Shown here: piece after piece, positions 1-12,300 of the stretch
Layout: each line of letters begins with the position of its first letter
Numbering within the stretch: the stretch's first letter is position 1
Assembly: GCA_951406725.2 (NCBI GenBank)
Contig: OX597815.1
Location: 120,404,001-120,468,000, forward strand
Direction: 5' to 3'
Length of the DNA: 64,000 nt
From: Octopus vulgaris
Lineage: Eukaryota
The notes under the pieces: model-generated
Database searches by the model: none
What the model saw: only the letters and a program-made list of their open reading frames with translations
What the model was told of the DNA's origin: nothing
Position numbers and translations under genes: made by a program

Positions 1-373
1 TTAGGGGTTAGCCATATTCAAATGGCAAATATACGTCACGATGTGTTGCCGCTACTGTTTATAACTCGCTCTGAGATTTATCATTGTTTAATAATAATAT
101 TTTTTATTATAAATTATCTTGACATTCTTTTTATATTACATAAAATATTCTTTACATTCTACTGTTGTTTTCTTACTATTTATTTACGAGTATTGTAAAT
201 TTTATAGGTAAAATATTTTTCTAGGGATGAAATACGATCTATCTATAACATTGCTACATTGGAAAATCATTGCTCTGCTTTACGAGTTTTCAATTACGAG
301 CGGTCTCCAGGAAGAAATTAATTCGTATACTGAGGCATTACTCTGTGTGTGGGTGTGTATGTGTGTATACATA

Positions 374-429
<56 letters not shown>

Positions 430-626
430 AGAAGGTGAATGAATTATCCTAGTATGGATAATTCGGTTAACCGATACCTGGGTAGCAAATTCACGTCAGA
501 AAACACAGTTGAAGCTATATGCCAAGGGCAGGGATCCCGTGTTCTCGTGTGTAAATTTGTGTGTTTTTTTAACTATGAATAAATGAAAGAATGGAGTCGA
601 ACGACGATTTTAACAAAATTCCTTTA

Positions 627-709
627 CTCTCGACACATTTTTCGAAGGCTGCATATTCCTAATTCCGAAGGAATAGAGGGTGCATTATGCCGCCATCTCA
701 TCAGGAAAG
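627..709 (-). ncRNA. Inverted copy of the hammerhead with a stem III C>A substitution
   Basis: Reverse complement of 861-943; reads GAAAAATGTGTC instead of GAAACATGTGTC. Confidence 0.75.
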
Positions 710-860
710 ACAAGGAACTTATGTCAGCACCATGAAGAGCAAAAACTTTTAGATGACTGACCACATGATGTCCACAGTAATAATCATTATTACTGTGGAC
801 ATCATGTAGTCAGTCATCTAAAAGTTTTTGCTCTTCATGGTGCTGACATAAGTTCCTTGT

Positions 861-943
861 CTTTCCTGATGAGATGGCGGCATAATGCACCCTTTATTCC
901 TTCGGAATTAGGAATATGCAGCCTTCGAAACATGTGTCGAGAG
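861..943 (+). ncRNA. Type I hammerhead ribozyme, canonical core
   Basis: Stem I CTTTC/GAGAG (one G-U), CTGATGA at 866-872, long stem II (GA-GGC-GCATA / TATGC-GCC-TC), GAAA at 927-930, stem III AC-ATGT-GT, GUC cleavage triplet ending at 938. Confidence 0.85.
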
Positions 944-985
944 TAAAGGAATTTTGTTAAAATCGTCGTTCGACTCCATTCTTTC

Positions 986-1099
<114 letters not shown>

Positions 1100-1334
1100 T
1101 TATATTTATATAACGGTATAACGGGCTTCTTCACAGTGTATGTGAGACAAGCACAGACAACGATACATACATACATACATACATACATACATACATACAT
1201 ACATACATACATACATACATACGTAGCGGGGTAAAGAGTGGCTAGAAGAGGAAACCAGGTGAGCAGATATGATGCAATTATCATCGTCATCGTCGTCGTC
1301 ATCATCATGATCATCATCTTCCTCATCATCATTA

Positions 1335-1387
<53 letters not shown>

Positions 1388-1388
1388 T

Positions 1389-2232
1389 GATGGAAACTCT
1401 CGGCTTATTTTGCTGGGTGTGGTGGAAATTGTCAACTGTCCACAGCCAGCACTCTGATGTGACACTTGTTTACCGGTCATGCTTCAAGAACTCTGCAAAG
1501 AATTCTTACAATTCCAAGCAATGCTGATTTTTGTTGGGTGTTCTATCTTTACATTTGTGCCAATCTTTTTTTTACCTATGTTGGTAGTTGAGTGCTGATA
1601 CTTCCAAGTGCGCTAGTTACTATTGATATTACGTCTACTCTACTCATTGACCACAACTTTCGGATTTCCCACTTCAAATTGTCAAAGTAGTTTATTTTTT
1701 TCTTTTTGTTTCTCTTTGATCCTGTTGTCACCGGGACATGCTATGTCGATTATCATGCATATTTTTTTTTTTATTCACCACAACAATGTCCAGTTTCCGA
1801 TGTCTGGTCAGGTCATCGCATTGAATCGTTGCACTCCACAGGATTTTGCAATCCTCAATCTCAGTGACTCCTTCTGGGTTTTCTCATACCATATCTTTGC
1901 TCTTTGTAGGCCGTGATTTCCACAGAGCTCTCAATGGGTCATTCTTGTTGCATTGTCATGTCGTTTTTGTAATCGCATTGTGCCAATTTCGGGCATTCGC
2001 TAACCATGTGCCATACCGTTTCACTCCTCTAACCAAACATTCTGCATTTGTCACTGTCGGTAGTGTCACATAGTTAGTCCTTAACGTTTGTTCTTGTGCT
2101 GCACATATAAGTGCTTCTGTCTCTGTCTTCAGGTCACTCCTCCTCATCCATAGCCACCGGTCTTCTGTATCTGTCTTGACGTTGATATCTCTTGCAAACT
2201 GATCGTACCATTTTTCTCCTTCCATACTGTTT
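1389..2232 (-). mobile_element. 3' end of an R2-superfamily (R4/Dong-like) non-LTR retrotransposon, degraded
   Basis: Minus-strand translation gives TEALICAAQEQTLRTNY, ETVWHMVSECPKLA, KRHDN and a DIVVV...IIDIACPGDNRI restriction-like endonuclease region; flanked on both sides by (TAA)n, the known Dong target. Confidence 0.8.
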
Positions 2233-2233
2233 C

Positions 2234-2294
<61 letters not shown>

Positions 2295-2312
2295 CAAGGA
2301 GTTTCATTCGGC

Positions 2313-2407
2313 TCAGAATGACTTATAGTTTCGAGGGCTCCTTACAGAAACCTAGCTCGTTCGGGTTCATATAACCGAATACGCAGTTGATTCCTCATCA
2401 GTCAGTG
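2313..2407 (-). ncRNA. Hammerhead-like motif with perfect core boxes and a weak stem I
   Basis: Minus strand: CTGATGA (2401-2395), internal hairpin TTCGGTT/AACCCGAA, then GAAA-CTATAA-GTC. Confidence 0.55.
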
Positions 2408-2506
2408 CCCCAATACATCCTAGGATGTTTCTGGACAGTTCCGTTTGTTTTTGTGAACTTTCTGTTATGTTTTCGTCAAATTTTCCTATTGAACCCTTTA
2501 TATATA

Positions 2507-2591
<85 letters not shown>

Positions 2592-2595
<4 letters not shown>

Positions 2596-2786
2596 GGGAG
2601 AATTCACACACAAAAAAAAAGACGAAGACAGGTGGTGTAGACAACAAACAGATGTATTAGTATAACGCTCCGGAAGTGAAAAAGCCATTAACTTTTCGAG
2701 CCTACGCTCTTCCAGAGAAAGGAACACAGAAAGAAATAAGGAGAGAAAATAAAGAATGTGTAGTCGCTAGCGATCTATCATGGCGA
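2592..2786 (-). mobile_element. Solo 3' terminus (pseudo-LTR end) of the Penelope family found at 7507-13212, with a decayed HHR
   Basis: Reverse complement resembles about 8515-8710 (GAGCGTAGGCTCGAAA, ATACTAATACA, CCACCTG.CTTCGTC); flanked by (TA)n. Confidence 0.75.
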
Positions 2787-2891
2787 ATATATATATATAT
2801 ATCTTCTACTAAACGTGTTGCATGCCACTTTCTTTCGCTTGTGTACATACACACACACACATACACACACACACACACACATACACACATA

Positions 2892-2966
<75 letters not shown>

Positions 2967-3519
2967 TTCTAAGGTGAGACATTTAGCTTCTTCCTAGCTG
3001 TGCAGAATCAAATAACCAGAATATAATACACACAACATGAAAATCATAGATAAAGAAAAGTCAAACCTCCGCTTGGTTGCATGTAAAATATGTGTTCGAA
3101 GAGAATAAATGATTGCGCATGTAGATTTTTAATATAAAATGCTTGCCCAGAGAGTTTATAAGAACTGGAAACATGACAATGTTTCTGAAGTCGTACATTG
3201 ACAAATCTGTAATTTTTTAATTCAAACTCATGGTAAAAAGAATGACCATAAAACAGAGTAAGTATTTGAAAATGACCATGTAAAAGACTGCGAGATACGA
3301 AAATTCAGATTGGCAAAAATAGCACTCACGCTCATAAGGTTTCGTGATTAGCTTGATATCTATGGATATTAAATGAGGTATTTAATAACAATAATGTTTC
3401 AGTATATACTGTTTATATAGCGTCCTCTAATAAAAAGTGATAAAGTGTGTGTTTGTTTTTGTCTATGTGCGTGCGCGCTTCTGTATATGCGTGTAATTGT
3501 ATTGTGTGTGCGAATGAGT

Positions 3520-3584
<65 letters not shown>

Positions 3585-3615
3585 GGGGAGGGCTTATTAC
3601 TCCATTATAACTATA

Positions 3616-4669
3616 CAGTAATCCCTCGACTATCGCGGGTGCTACGTTCCAAAACCTCCCACAGAAATAATTAAAATCTAAAAAATATAAATACACTAGC
3701 AGAATAGCTCGGCGTTGCCCGGGTATGTAAGAAACTTTGTCGATAAGCAATGCCCTTTACATTTTTACCCTTTTTTGTACTCATTGAACCGTTATTTTGT
3801 AAATAACAAAAGTCAGTTTTGTAGGGTTCGCATGGTCGGTCTCAAAGTGATATAGTTTTGTCGATTTCTCCCAATACTTGTTAACTGCATTGACAAAAGG
3901 TCGTTAGTTTGACATTTAATGCAAACTTGATGTCTAACATTGGTGTAGGGAAAATCTATGTGAACTTTCAAAAAATATCGCAGAAAAATCGGTTTGCTAT
4001 GTGTGCCACATATGATGTAATTAACCGATTTTTCTCCAGTAATAACGTATCCTATTGGAATCAAAAGGGCCATATAGCTCCTTGGAGCAGACATGATGCT
4101 CGCTGTGAATTTCAAAAAAAATTCCTGCCAATTTGTTAAAGATATTGTCGAAAATATGTCATCTTGAATTTGAACGCGATTTCCCAAAATGGCATGATTT
4201 TATCGATTTTTTCTGATGGTAAGGTATTGCATGGAAAACTAAGTTCCTTAGAGTAACATTAAGCTTCACCATGAGTTTGGTGAAAATCGAATGCAAGTTG
4301 TGAAAAACACAACGGAAAATATGTTGCATATGATAAGCTTAGATTCTCGACCCCATGTCGAATTTATCGATTTTTTTCAGAACTGGGGGAACTTTTCAAA
4401 ATTTTTGCTACGTTAGTTTTGAATTATGACATTGGGCTATGTGTGTGTCAAGTTTCATCAGAATCGGTTGAAAGCCGTGGTCAAAGTGAGGGTACAACCT
4501 GACAGACACACAGACAGATAAACTGCCTTTTATATATAGAGAGATATCGGCCGCAAAAACTCGCTATATACTGAGGAGTCCGCGATATAAATTTACATAT
4601 ATTAGCCAGAAAAATCCGCGATGTACTGAGTGCGCGATAGGTAGACCACGATATAGCGATGGCTTACTG
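3616..4669. mobile_element. Tigger/pogo-like non-autonomous DNA transposon split by a Helitron
   Basis: Termini CAGTAATCCCTCGA and GCGATGGCTTACTG are imperfect inverted repeats, with TA on both sides. Confidence 0.7.
3696..4544 (-). mobile_element. Non-autonomous Helitron
   Basis: Minus strand starts TC(TCTC)TATATATAAAAGG and ends with a GC hairpin (CCCGGGCAACGCCGAG) then CTAG; inserted between A and T with no TSD. Confidence 0.75.
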
Positions 4670-5649
4670 TATCTTTAAATATCTCAAATCTTGAATTCTT
4701 CTTGTTTTTACCCCGCGAACCCGGGATATTTTTCATTTATTTTCCTTGAATGATTTTGGATTTGTGTGCAAATTTTGGAAAGCATTTCTTAGACAAAAAG
4801 CGTCGATATTTCATACACACATTCATACATACATCCACACATACACACACATATACATACATACATACATACATACATACATACATACATACATACATAC
4901 ATACATACATGCATACATACATACATACATGCATGCATGCATGCATACACATACACATATATATTAATGTGTTCGAGTTTCTGTACACTTGTGTTCCTGT
5001 TACATTCATGAATGTGTGAGTGCGAGCTAGTATTTCATGCATATTTGCATGCGTAGGTGCATGCGTGCACTTGTATGTGTGTTCGTGTGTAACAGCCTAT
5101 ATGTATATTAACCTAAATATTAGTCATTTGATTAAAATTTGATTACAACTTGAGATGTATTTTACATTAATTGTAGTCAATGAAATGAGACTTAAATAGT
5201 CTTGATGAGACAGCAAGGAAAGTTTCCAGAAACAATGGCCCCAGCTATCTTACTGGATCCATTCCTCTTGTTTCCTGCCAGAATCCTTTTGCACAACTAA
5301 TTTATTTCTTCTATTCATTTCTTGTTTTATTCATTTATTCATTGATTTTAATGTAAATTGTTTTCTTTTTTTTTTCTTTCTTCTTTTCTATTCGTTATTT
5401 TATATTACAATTATAGTTCAGACGCTAAAAAGTAGCTTCTCTTTCACTACTTAACTATTTTACAGTAAAACACACATGCAATCGTGCAGAAAGGGAGAGA
5501 AGGAGAAACAGAAATATGAGAGGGAAGGAGAGAGAGGGAGAGAGAGAGAGAGAGAGAGATAAGATGAGCAGGAAGGAGAGACCTCAGAGAGGGAGAGAGA
5601 AAGAGGGAAAGTACACACAGATATACACATAGATATACAAACATATAGG

Positions 5650-5696
<47 letters not shown>

Positions 5697-5789
5697 CTTT
5701 CTTTATTGGCCACACAGGGCTGAACATAGATAGATAGACAGATGGATGGACAGACAGACAGACAGATAGATAGATAAATAGATAGATTA

Positions 5790-5892
<103 letters not shown>

Positions 5893-6485
5893 GATAAGCG
5901 TAATTTGAGGCAGGTAAACACACATACCTGCTTGGTAATCTTGCATGAAAGCATTAATTTATATAAATATATCGGAACATTACAGTTTGGCTCGTCAGAA
6001 GTCGCGACTAATATCTCTAAGACGACATTAGGTCTGCTTATATGAATATTTCAGATATTTGGATTTTTTCCAATCAACGTCGGAAACAATGCACTGAACA
6101 ACCTGGCGATATTTATTCACCGGAATTATTTTTGATATTAGTTCTAAATTACAACTTCACCAAAATGGTGCAAAACAATGCAGATTCCAGCCAGAACGCC
6201 AAAGTACTACTGTCCGACAGAGAAAATGCTTTCGGCAATTTTCATACAATAGAAAAACAAAATAAAACAACGATAAATAATGCACTAGATTTTGGATAGT
6301 ACAGAGGAAGGAGAGATTATTAGTTGGTATTGTCCTTGTTTATTCACTGACAGGTCTGCTGTCGCCATTTTTGTTTATGACTCGTAGAAATAAGGACAGG
6401 ATACATTCCTGGAAACATTGACGCAGTTGCAGATGGGAAAAAGCATCATGGACCACATAGTAGTGCGACAGCATGAAGAAGATGC

Positions 6486-6487
<2 letters not shown>

Positions 6488-6526
<39 letters not shown>

Positions 6527-6573
6527 ACGCACACACACACATACGTATATATATATACATATATTTATATACA

Positions 6574-6605
<32 letters not shown>

Positions 6606-6638
6606 CATACATATATATATATACATACATATATATAT

Positions 6639-6687
<49 letters not shown>

Positions 6688-6866
6688 CACACACATATAT
6701 ATACATATATATACATACACATATATATATATACATATATACGTAAACATATATATATACACACATATATATATATACAAATATATACGTATACATATAT
6801 ATGTATATATATATATATATATGCGTATACATATATATATATGCGTATACATATATATGTATATAT

Positions 6867-6913
<47 letters not shown>

Positions 6914-7025
6914 TATATATATGTATATATATACATATATACATATAGATATATACATATATATACATATATATACTCATATATATACATATATACATAT
7001 ATATATACATATGTATATATACATG
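6488..7025. repeat. Compound (CA)n/(TA)n degenerate microsatellite; similar tracts occur throughout the window
   Basis: Directly visible; explains the YI/HT-rich ORFs. Confidence 0.95.
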
Positions 7026-7043
7026 CCTGTGCAAGAAGATTTT

Positions 7044-7488
7044 TTCTTTAAGTGAGGAAAGGCTGTGCACTGCGTCAATCCCACTCACTAAGCAACAGCA
7101 ACCATTATCTGAAAAGAAGTCAACATCATCGGTAACCACTGAGCCGCATGTTTTATGTCGGAGTAATCCCAGTTACCTGAGTTACCTTCTCCTAAAAGGA
7201 TGTCCTAACAAAGGCTAGGAGTCCTTCACTCCTAATGGTTTAACCGCGCGATCGGGTATTCAGTCCTCTTATTTCTATGTCCCCGCGCATTTATTGGATG
7301 GCCGTTGACTCTCAAGAGTTCCTCCGCCCTTTCACGGGTTTTGCTTTTCATCCCGCAGAGTGTCCAATAAACACCCTCCTCACCAAGCAAGCTTGGTGAA
7401 GTTGCCGGTTTAGTCGCCGACGACCCGACCATGCAACAGGTTGTACTGGGTTACATGTTACCAGTAGCACTTGAAAGTGACCTGACAT
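7044..7488 (-). mobile_element. Probable 5' UTR fragment of an RTE-type LINE
   Basis: Higher GC, several hairpins (TACTGG/CCAGTA, CACCAAGC/GCTTGGTG) and a TAGGAGAAGGTAACTC motif recalled from RTE 5' UTRs; no ORF. Confidence 0.4.
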
Positions 7489-8059
7489 AATATATATACA
7501 TATAATCGCTTGGCTGACCGGTTCGCGGAACACCTTCGTGACATCCACCTTGCGAACGACACACCGGTCTCACGCCATTTCCGCTCCACCGGTCACTCCT
7601 TGCAACACCTATCTGTGTTCGGTTTGTCCTTACACAGAGGCCATCCGGATTCCCGTTTGCGCCGTGAACAGGAATTAATCTTCTCTCTTCGCTCTTATAC
7701 GCCATTTGGTCTCAACTCTCCCCCCTCCTCATCTAACCCCCCTCTCTCCCCTCCTCACCTATCCTTTCTTCCCCCGACCCCTACTTCTTCAGTCCTTCAT
7801 CCTTTCACCCCTACTCCCCTTCCCTTCTTCCCTCTTTCTCCCTCCCTCTTCCCCTTCCCTCTGCTCCCTCACTCCCTCTCTCCCCCTCTCCCTCTTTCCT
7901 CCTTCATCCCCCTCCTCCCCTTCCTTCTCCCCCATCCTCTCCTCTCCCCCTTCTCCTCCCCCTCTTCTTCCCCTCGCCTTCTCCTCCCTCTTCTCCCCTC
8001 CCCTCTTCTCCTCACTACACCACATGACTTTACACATCACATCACATATGATGTGCCAT

Positions 8060-8302
8060 ACTAATACACACACCAACTAATACATACTAATACGTACTAA
8101 TACATACCAGTACATACTAATACTTACACCAACCCTATACATACACACGTCCAGACCCCGCATACGCACTTATACTCTCTCACACACACACACACACACC
8201 TATACATACCAATACGTACTAATACATACTAATACATACTAATACATACACCAACCCCATACATACGCACGTCCAGACCAATCTTACGCACTAATACTCT
8301 CT

Positions 8303-8333
<31 letters not shown>

Positions 8334-8400
8334 CCCTTATACATACTAATACATACACCAACCCTATACATACACACATCCAGACCCCTCCCACGCACTT
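8060..8400 (+). repeat. Composite minisatellite in the pseudo-LTR (about 3 units of ATACATACTA...CCAACCC...TCCAGACC...CGCACT-(CA)n); second copy at about 12563-12905
   Basis: Repeated motif blocks are directly visible in both repeat copies. Confidence 0.8.
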
Positions 8401-8570
8401 TTAGCTGGTCCCTCAACCCTTTTATCAACCCTATTATCTCCCCTTATTTCGCTCTCGCGTCTCATGTTTGATCTTTGACCTCTGGCCGAAATCAGATCGC
8501 CATGTTGATTCGTTAGCTACTGCACGCATTTTTTTCTCTCCTTCTTTCTGTGTTTTTCTCTCTCTGTGTA

Positions 8571-8608
8571 TCTTTCTGTTGAAGAGCGTAGGCTCGAAAC
8601 GTTAAAGA
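8571..8608 (+). ncRNA. Minimal type I hammerhead, variant core CUGUUGA
   Basis: TCTTT-CTGTTGA-A-GAGC GTAG GCTC-GAAA-CGTT-AAAGA: 5-bp stem I, 4-bp stem II, palindromic AACGTT stem III. Confidence 0.75.
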
Positions 8609-9330
8609 CTTGTTTTATTTATATTTCCTGAGCGCCATACTAATACAATTGTTCGTTTGTTTTCCACCTGCCTTCGTCTTTTGTTTATTTTCATAAAGCT
8701 TCCCGTTATATATTATGCGCTCACGTGGTCTCACTTTCATCCTATATTCTACCAATACCACTATCAACACTTACCTCTACCTTGGATTTTCTTTACCTCT
8801 TGGATACTTACCATTGGCTGCACCTCTCTTTCGCGGATCAAAGTGACTTTGCATTGATGTGAAATCCTTAAAAAATATACCACGACGTCTACACATTTCT
8901 CACCTTGAACTTTCAACCTTGAACTTGTTCGCATAAACTGTCCCGTTTGTTGTATTTTTATTTTCTCTTATATTACCACTTTTTTTACATTCATTTCATG
9001 CTTCCCACATTTTCCTGAATTTTTGTTCTCCTTTCCGTCTTTCTTCCCTCTCTGGATGTCCATACTCCGTTTCCTCTGCCTGCATCCCCCTTTTTTTTGC
9101 CTCCCCTCTCTCTGCTTCCCTTCTTTCTTTCCCTTTTCCGTTTGGCCCGTCTTTTCTGCCCCTATCGCTTACTTATCTAGTTTTTTCAAACGATTATTAT
9201 TTTTTTGTTTTTTTGAACGTTTGTTTTTTCCCCTTTTTTCGCTATCCCTTTTTTTCTATTTTTTTCATACGATAATTTTTGTTTTTTGTTTTTTTTGTTT
9301 TTTCGAACGTTTTTTTTCCGCTATCCCATC

Positions 9331-12300
9331 ATGCCGGATCCTAGGTCCTACCTCCTCACCCTCCATCACCGTTTGAAGGATCATCTACGTTCGCTTCCTG
9401 TATATTGCCTTCAGCCGTCCGTTAATCTCTCTCTACTTCTTTTTAAAAAAACCCGCTTCTCTAGCCATGTCTCTTTCCTAAGCCGCTGCCTACATCACCG
9501 ACTCATCCCTAAAGGTTTCCGCCTCCACTTCCACCCTGCTCTCCACTCGGATTCTTCCATCTTACCCATACTCCGCACCACATCTTACCGCCTTATGCGG
9601 GCCACCATTCGCTCCAATCTCTCCAAACTACATGCCATCAACCGCCTTCTTCCTCCTGCTTTCTCCACCTTCTTCTCCTCTCTGCCGCCTCTCTATGCTC
9701 CAAACACGCTACGCTTCATTATCTATTTGAATCAACTCTTCCATCAATTTCTTTCTGATACCAAACTTCGTAAACTCCAATCACTCTTCCATTCCACCCT
9801 ACCCGACGCCACTACCCCAACTCCTCCACCACCCTTCTCCCCTCCCGATAGGCTCCATCCACCCACACCTAACCCCACTGCCCCTCCCTACAACCCCTTC
9901 TCCCCTCCCGTTAGGCTCCATCCACCTACACCTAACCCTACTGCCCCGCCCAACCACCCCCCACACACCTCCCCAATCCCTCCCCCTCAGACCTCCACGA
10001 GACCTACCACCCCTCCTACTTCTATTCCACCCACCCCTTCTCCACTTCCGTCTGTTGTTACCATTCCCCCCGATCTTCCCCTCTCTGCGGCTGAACGCTC
10101 CGTCCTTGGTAGGGGTCTGCGTTTCATCCCCCTCACTCCATCCTGTAAGGAATTCCAGACGCGAGTTGATGTCCACAGCTTTGTGCGCCGTGTCCGGTTG
10201 GGTGCGCATTACCACGACTCGCCACCCACACCCAACGAAGAGGACGACTGCTTCACTGGCCTGGGCCGCCGACCATCCCCGTGGACGCCTGCCCCTGGCC
10301 AGATCCTAGCAGTGGATCTTTTCGCGGGCGCTTGTCAGCGTGCATTGGAGCGGTTCAACTTCTCCAGGCGCCAACGCCGCCTCAACATCTCCCCGGCTGA
10401 GCTCTTGGCTCTTCGTTCCCTCCAACGGCGCGCTGACATTATCATCAAACCGGCTGACAAGGGTGGAGCTGTAGTGGTGTGGCGCGCGGACCTCTATAGG
10501 GCCGAGGCTTTCCGCCAACTCAATGACACCTCCTTCTATTCCCCTCTGCCCTCTAACCCCACACGTAGCTACCAACAGACGGTATCCTCTACTGTCCAAG
10601 ACCTCATCTCGTCCTCCCGTCTCCCCCGCACCGCATCCAACCTAATTGTGCGAACCCCACGTACCCCCACCATTTACTTCCTCCCCAAAATCCACAAACC
10701 CAACAACCCTGGCCGCCCCATCGTCTCCGCCTGTAACTGCCCCACGGAGCTCATCTCTAAATACCTCGACCGTGTCCTTGCCCCCCTAGTGGCATCTCTT
10801 CCCTCCCACATCCACGATACCAACCATGCTCTCCGGCTTTTCAACTCTTTCTCCTTTCCTCCCGGCTCCTCCAAAATCCTTTTTACTATGGACATCCAAA
10901 GCCTCTATACTGTTATCCCTCACCACGAAGGACTGCAGGCCCTTCGACACTTTCTTGACCTCCGCTCTAACCCTGTACCTGACACCTCCACACTCATTCG
11001 TCTGGCCGAACTTGTCCTTACTCTGAACTGCTTCTCGTTCGCGGGCGAGTTCTACCATCAGTTCTCGGGAGTGGCCATGGGAACGCGAATGGGCCCCAAC
11101 TATGCGAACCTGTTCGTTGGCTATGTTGAGGTCCAAATATTCTCTAATTTCACTGGTCCCACTCCTGAACTATATGGTCGTTATATTGACGACATTATCG
11201 GTGCCACCTCACTCTCCCGCGAACATCTCGATTCCTTCCTCTCTTTCGTCCAATCTTTCCATCCAGCCCTCCACTTCACTTCCACTATCTCCAACACCTC
11301 TGTCTCCTTCCTCGACATTTCGGTTAGCATTCTTCACTCCACTCTTACCACCTCCATTCACTACAAACACACAGACTCACACTCATACCTCAACTTCTCT
11401 TCCTCCCACCCAGAACACACCAAGCTTTCCATCCCCTATTCCCAATTCCTCCGTCTACGTAGGCTCTGTAGTGACGACCATGACTTTGAGACTCAGTCTC
11501 AACGTATGGCTCACCACTTCACCCTACGTGGATACCCCCTCACCACTATCCACACCGCCCTTGCCAGAGCACGGTCCGTGGACCGTGTATCTGCTCTCTC
11601 TCCCCGAACCCGCCCTGTAGTCTCCCGCCTCCCTTTTCCCCTCACTTACCACCCCACGACCCTACGTCTCCAACGCACCATTCTTCGAGCTTTCCGTCAT
11701 CTCCAGTCCGACCCGTCCACTTCACACCTCTTCCCTAACAGACCCCTCCCCTCTTTCAAACGAGCCCACAACCTTCGAGACCTTTTGGTCCATAGCTCCT
11801 TCCCTGACCCTACCTCCCAACCCGGCTCGCTCCCCTGCTCCCGCCCACGTTGCCGCACTTGCCCTTACCTCTCCAACACCACCCGCCTCACTAGCACCCA
11901 CCATCGACCCTATCCCATCATCCACTCCTTCACCTGCACCTCCAGCAATATTATCTATTGCATCTCTTGCTCTCTCTGCAATTCCTTGTACATCGGACAA
12001 ACGGGACGCCGCTTGGCTGACCGGTTCGCGGAACACCTTCGTGACATCCACCTTGCGAACGACACACCGGTCTCACGCCATTTCCGCTCCACCGGTCACT
12101 CCTTGCAACACCTATCTGTGTTCGGTTTGTCCTTACACAGAGGCCATCCGGATTCCCGTTTGCGCCGTGAACAGGAATTAATCTTCTCTCTTCGCTCTTA
12201 TACGCCATTTGGTCTCAACTCTCCCCCCTCCTCATCTAACCCCCCTCTCCCCCTCCTCACCTATCCTTTCTTCCCCCGACCCCTACTTCTTCAGTCCTTC

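Noticed and set aside
7044-7488. HDV-like or twister ribozyme in the RTE-like leader
   Set aside because: Hairpins are present but the required pseudoknot pairings could not be assembled by eye
8060-8400. Regularly spaced repeats resembling a CRISPR array
   Set aside because: Units are degenerate minisatellites without unique spacers; eukaryotic context and no cas genes
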